Shown here: piece after piece, positions 60,344 to 64,000 of the stretch
Layout of the letters: each line of letters begins with the position of its first letter
How positions within the stretch are numbered: position 1 is the first letter of the stretch
Assembly: GCA_965247095.1 (NCBI GenBank)
Contig: OZ251997.1
Span: 64,001 to 128,000 of the forward strand
Reading direction: 5' to 3'
Source of the DNA: Candidatus Multivorans sp.
GTDB lineage: Bacteria > Acidobacteriota > Thermoanaerobaculia > Multivoradales > Multivoraceae
Length of the DNA: 64,000 bases
Position numbers and translations under genes: made by a program
The notes under the pieces: generated by a model
Seen by the model: the letters and a program-made list of their open reading frames with translations, nothing else
Database searches by the model: none
Told to the model about the DNA's origin: nothing

Positions 60344-62197
60344 ATGGCCGATCCGATCCGCATCGTCGTACCGGACATCGGCGACTTCGATTCCGTCGAT
60401 GTCGTCGAGGTGCTCGTCTCGCCGGGCGAGCACGTCGATATCGACGCCGGACTGATCACCCTCGAGAGCGACAAGGCGTCGATGGAGGTGCCGTCGACCC
60501 ATAGCGGCGTGGTGCTCGAAGTTGCCGTGTCGCTGGGCGACAAGGTGGTGGAAGGGGATGTGATCGTCGTGCTCGATCCCGAGGACGAGTCGCATCCCGA
60601 CCACCGAGCCGAGCGGCCGCGCCATCCGCATGCGCCGCCAGCGGCGCCGGGGGGCGTGTCGGTCGAGGAGGTCGAGGCGGGGCCGGCAGCGACTTCGGTT
60701 CTTTCACCGGCGCCGGCGCCCGCGCCGGTCCCGGCGGCGGCATCTGCGCCGGCAGCCGTCCCGCGGGATGTCGACGCCGAAATCCTGGTCCTGGGCGCCG
60801 GACCTGGCGGCTATACGGCGGCCTTCCGCGCCGCCGACCTGGGCCGCCAGGTCGTGCTGGTGGAGCCGTACGCAAACCTCGGGGGCGTGTGCCTGAACGT
60901 CGGCTGCATTCCCTCCAAGGCGTTGCTCCACGCCGCCAGGGTGATCGACGAGGCGGCGGAGTTCGCGGCCCACGGCATCGACTTCGGAGCGCCGGACATC
61001 GACCGGGGGAAGCTCGGCGCCTGGAAGAGCGGCGTCGTGGCGCAACTGACTGGCGGTCTGGCCCAATTGGCGAAGCGGCGCAAGGTCGAGGTGGTGCGCG
61101 GCCACGGCCGCTTCGTCGGTCCCCACGAAGCCGAGGTCACGGACGCCGACGCCGGCCGGCGCACCCTGACCTTCGGGCAGGCGATCGTCGCCGTCGGTTC
61201 GCGTCCGGCGATGATCCCGGGGTTGCCGGAGGGCGACCCGCGGGTCTGGGATTCGACCGACGCGCTGGAGCTCGACCCCGGCTTCGAGCCGGACGGGCGG
61301 CTTCTGGTGATCGGCGGCGGCATCATTGGGCTGGAGATTGCGACGGTCTATGCCGCCCTGGGCTACCGGGTCACCGTCGTCGAGCTGCTGCCGCAACTGC
61401 TGACCGGCGTCGACCGGGATCTGGTGCGGCCCCTCCAGCGCCGGCTTACCGAGCGCCTGGAGAACATCCACACGGCAACTCGCGTGACCGGGGTCAAGGC
61501 CCAGAAGAACGGACTCATGGTGTCGATGGAGGGTGACGACGGTGAGCCCCGCTCCGGTCTGTTCGGGCGAGTCCTCGTCGCGGTCGGCCGCCGTCCCAAC
61601 AGCGACCGCTTCGGCGCCGAGGCCGCGGGTGTCCTGGTCGATGAGCGCGGCTTCGTGCCGGTCGACGATCAACAGCGGACCAACGTGCCGCCCATCTTCG
61701 CGATCGGCGACCTGGTGCCCGGGCCCATGCTGGCGCACAAGGCGACCCACGAGGGCAAGGTCGCGGCGGAGGTCGCGGCGGGGGAGAAGAGCGGCTTCGA
61801 GGCGCGGGTCATCCCGTCCGTGGCCTACACCGATCCGGAGGTGGCCTGGGTCGGCCTGACCGAGACCGAAGCGCGGCGGAACGGCACGGCCTACGAGAAG
61901 GCCGTCTTCCCGTGGGGCGCTTCCGGCCGCGCCCTGACGCTGGGCCGTGCGGAAGGTTTGACCAAGCTGCTGTTCGACCCCGCCAGCGGGCGGGTCGTCG
62001 GCGCCGGCATCGTCGGCGTCAACGCGGGCGACCTGATCGCCGAGGCGGCGCTGGCGATCGAGATGAACGCGGACGCCGCCGATCTGGCGCTGACCGTCCA
62101 CCCGCACCCGACCCTCTCCGAGACGGTCGCCTTCGCCGCCGAGGCGTACGAGGGCACGATCACCGACCTCTACCTGCCGCGGCGCGGAAAGCGCTAA
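60344..62197 (+). CDS. lpdA: Dihydrolipoamide dehydrogenase with N-terminal lipoyl domain
   Basis: ESDKASMEVP; GAGPGGY, GGVCLNVGCIPSK, GGGIIGLE and HPHPTLSE. Confidence 0.96.
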   Translation: MADPIRIVVPDIGDFDSVDVVEVLVSPGEHVDIDAGLITLESDKASMEVPSTHSGVVLEVAVSLGDKVVEGDVIVVLDPEDESHPDHRAERPRHPHAPPAAPGGVSVEEVEAGPAATSVLSPAPAPAPVPAAASAPAAVPRDVDAEILVLGAGPGGYTAAFRAADLGRQVVLVEPYANLGGVCLNVGCIPSKALLHAARVIDEAAEFAAHGIDFGAPDIDRGKLGAWKSGVVAQLTGGLAQLAKRRKVEVVRGHGRFVGPHEAEVTDADAGRRTLTFGQAIVAVGSRPAMIPGLPEGDPRVWDSTDALELDPGFEPDGRLLVIGGGIIGLEIATVYAALGYRVTVVELLPQLLTGVDRDLVRPLQRRLTERLENIHTATRVTGVKAQKNGLMVSMEGDDGEPRSGLFGRVLVAVGRRPNSDRFGAEAAGVLVDERGFVPVDDQQRTNVPPIFAIGDLVPGPMLAHKATHEGKVAAEVAAGEKSGFEARVIPSVAYTDPEVAWVGLTETEARRNGTAYEKAVFPWGASGRALTLGRAEGLTKLLFDPASGRVVGAGIVGVNAGDLIAEAALAIEMNADAADLALTVHPHPTLSETVAFAAEAYEGTITDLYLPRRGKR

Positions 62198-62247
62198 CCG
62201 GAGGCGTCGCCGGGCTATCTCGGCCTCGTTACTTGTAAGAGGTGCAA

Positions 62248-62279
62248 TATGGCCCATAAACATCGTTATTGGTCAATAA
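62248..62279. promoter_or_regulatory. Putative operator palindromes upstream of the hipBA-like operon
   Basis: TATGG-C-CCATA (62248-62258) and TTATTG-GT-CAATAA (62266-62279) in an AT-rich intergenic stretch. Confidence 0.4.
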
Positions 62280-62366
62280 ACGGCAACTTATGACCTCTTG
62301 CAATGTCCTCGGAATAGCGGCAGTATGGGGCCGAACAACGAGGGACTGCGAGTACTGGAGCGATTC

Positions 62367-62729
62367 ATGGCCAATGGAATGCCCCGTCGAAGTCTGACCC
62401 CACGCGCGCTGCGAACTGAGCTGGGGCATCGTCTGGCGAAGCTGCGCCTTGCGAGGAACGTCACGCAGAGTGCTCTGGCCGAGGACGCGGGAATCGGACT
62501 GCGTACGCTTCGCCGTATCGAGGTCGGTCAGCCAAGCAGTCTGGACAGCCTGCTGCGCCTCGCGATCGTCCTCGGCCTGGCGGACGGTTTGCTGAACGCG
62601 GTGCCGTCGCAGGAGATCCGGCCCATCGAACGGGTGGCCTCCGGCGGCCGGGAACGGCGGCGCGCCCGTCCACGGAAGGGCGGGTCTCGGGAAGAGCCAT
62701 GGTCGTGGGCCGAGGACTTGAATGACTGA
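62367..62729 (+). CDS. XRE-family HTH antitoxin (HipB-like)
   Basis: LGHRLAKLRLARNVTQSALAEDAGIGLRTLRRIE; tail ERRRAR..WSWAE; overlaps the toxin start. Confidence 0.88.
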   Translation: MANGMPRRSLTPRALRTELGHRLAKLRLARNVTQSALAEDAGIGLRTLRRIEVGQPSSLDSLLRLAIVLGLADGLLNAVPSQEIRPIERVASGGRERRRARPRKGGSREEPWSWAEDLND

Positions 62730-64000
62730 CGCCAGCGTGAATCTGTGGGGCCGCCGAATCGGCGCGGTGTCGTGGGATGCCAGGCGGGGAGTCGGGGTCT
62801 TCCAGTACGATCACGCCTTCTTGTCGGCCGGCATCGAGGTCTCTCCGCTGGCGATGCCTGCACGTGAAGGGACCTACGACTTTCCTGCCCTGGGGGAGTC
62901 GTTCATGGGTTTGCCCGGCCTCGTGGCGGCCTCGCTGCCGGACCGTTTCGGCAACAGGTTGATCGATGTCTGGCTGGCGGAGACCGAACGGAGCGTCGAG
63001 AGCTTCAATCCGGTCGACCGGCTCTGCTACATCGGCACGCGCGGCGTCGGGGCACTGGAGTTCCAACCGGCGGAATCCAGGGGGAACCGGCGCGACGAGG
63101 TGGAGATCGCTCGACTCGTCGATCTCGCCAATCGGGTTCTCGACGAACGGGGTCGACTGTCCGGGCGGCTCGACGACGGCGAGGCGCTCGAGGACCTCCT
63201 CAGTGTGGGAACGTCCGCGGGCGGCGCCCGGGCGAAGGCGGTGCTCGGCTGGAATCGGGACACGGGGGAGTTCCGGTCCGGCCAGGTGGACACGAAAGCC
63301 GGCTTCGAGCACTGGATCCTGAAGTTCGACGGCATCACCAGCAACCGCGACCGCGAACTGGCGGATCCGCTGGGCTACGGGCGGATCGAGTACGCGTATC
63401 ACCTGATGGCGTGCGAGGCCGGGATCGAGATGTCGGAATGCCGGCTGCATCTTGAAGGCAGCCGGAGGCATTTCATGACGCGGCGGTTCGACCGCGATAC
63501 GGCGGGAGGCAAGAGACACATGCAGTCCCTCGCGGCGTTGCGGCACTTCGACTACACCGATCCGGGAGCGAATGCATATGAGCAGGCGATGGAGACGATC
63601 CACGAGCTCGGGCTCGGGATGGCGGTGGTCCAGGAGCAGTACCGCCGGACGGTCTTCAACATCGTCGCGCGGAACCAGGACGATCACGTGAAGAACATGG
63701 CGTTCCTGATGAACCGCCGCGGGGAATGGCGGCTGTCGCCGGCGTACGACGTGACGTACGCCTACAATCGGCGGGGCCGGTGGACAGACCAACACCAAAT
63801 GAGCATGGCGGGCAAGCGCAGCGGTTTCGAACGCGCCGACCTGCTGAGATTCGCGGACACCTCCGGGCTGAAGATTTCCCGCGCGCGTCGCGTGATCGAT
63901 CGGGTGCTCGACGCGGTCGCCGACTGGCCCCGGTTCGCATCCGAGGCGGGCGTCGAGAAGCGGGATGTCCTGAGGATTCGGGGGGCGCATCGTCTTGAAC
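62722..64000 (+). CDS. hipA: HipA-family kinase toxin; 3' end beyond window
   Basis: Not in the ORF track. Manual translation: MTDASVNLWGRRIGAVSWD, SLPDRFGN, GTSAGGARAKA, WILKFDG, RRFDR, RNQDDHVKN and LSPAYD. Confidence 0.93.
   Translation, partial: MTDASVNLWGRRIGAVSWDARRGVGVFQYDHAFLSAGIEVSPLAMPAREGTYDFPALGESFMGLPGLVAASLPDRFGNRLIDVWLAETERSVESFNPVDRLCYIGTRGVGALEFQPAESRGNRRDEVEIARLVDLANRVLDERGRLSGRLDDGEALEDLLSVGTSAGGARAKAVLGWNRDTGEFRSGQVDTKAGFEHWILKFDGITSNRDRELADPLGYGRIEYAYHLMACEAGIEMSECRLHLEGSRRHFMTRRFDRDTAGGKRHMQSLAALRHFDYTDPGANAYEQAMETIHELGLGMAVVQEQYRRTVFNIVARNQDDHVKNMAFLMNRRGEWRLSPAYDVTYAYNRRGRWTDQHQMSMAGKRSGFERADLLRFADTSGLKISRARRVIDRVLDAVADWPRFASEAGVEKRDVLRIRGAHRLE

Noticed and set aside
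59029-60600. Similar N-termini of aceF and lpdA as a novel repeat or fusion
   Set aside because: These are lipoyl domains; lipoyl-bearing E3 subunits are known in several bacterial groups.
62461-63990. 509-aa minus-strand ORF
   Set aside because: Antisense shadow of hipA, which has clear kinase motifs on the plus strand.

Overview
GC-rich bacterial chromosomal window, densely coding. Most six-frame ORFs are GC-driven shadows. The lineage cannot be fixed from sequence alone; the gene set is reminiscent of marine or host-associated Acidobacteriota-like bacteria (low-confidence inference). Left part: a double-domain family III CoA-transferase (runs off the left edge), a secreted SxxK serine hydrolase, a stand-alone 5'-3' exonuclease, a complete IS1634-like element inserted in a small palindromic repeat, a full-length eukaryote-type MTHFR with the C-terminal regulatory domain, and a deletion junction joining an SDR remnant to a 5'-truncated pbpC. 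Then a second double CoA-transferase, a 4Fe-4S/NrfD + molybdopterin oxidoreductase + TorD(-VOC) cluster, a signal-peptide-bearing TldD/PmbA-like pair, an internally deleted pseudogene and two DUF3604 paralogs. Middle: hutH/U/F/I, an M20 peptidase, a GT-C-like and a sulfatase/LTA-synthase-like membrane enzyme sharing a C-terminal module, ispG, a Fic / PIN / XRE-ImmA block, an HD protein, a 52-bp duplication around a palindrome, a rhomboid-like protein and a NatAB-type ABC transporter with a CPBP fusion. Right part: an APH-like kinase, a triad-less trypsin-like/helical-repeat protein, thiC with a TPP riboswitch, aceE-aceF-lpdA and a hipBA-like pair (runs off the right edge). No rRNA, tRNA or CRISPR array was seen. 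The standout is the plant/fungal/animal-type MTHFR in a clearly bacterial context.
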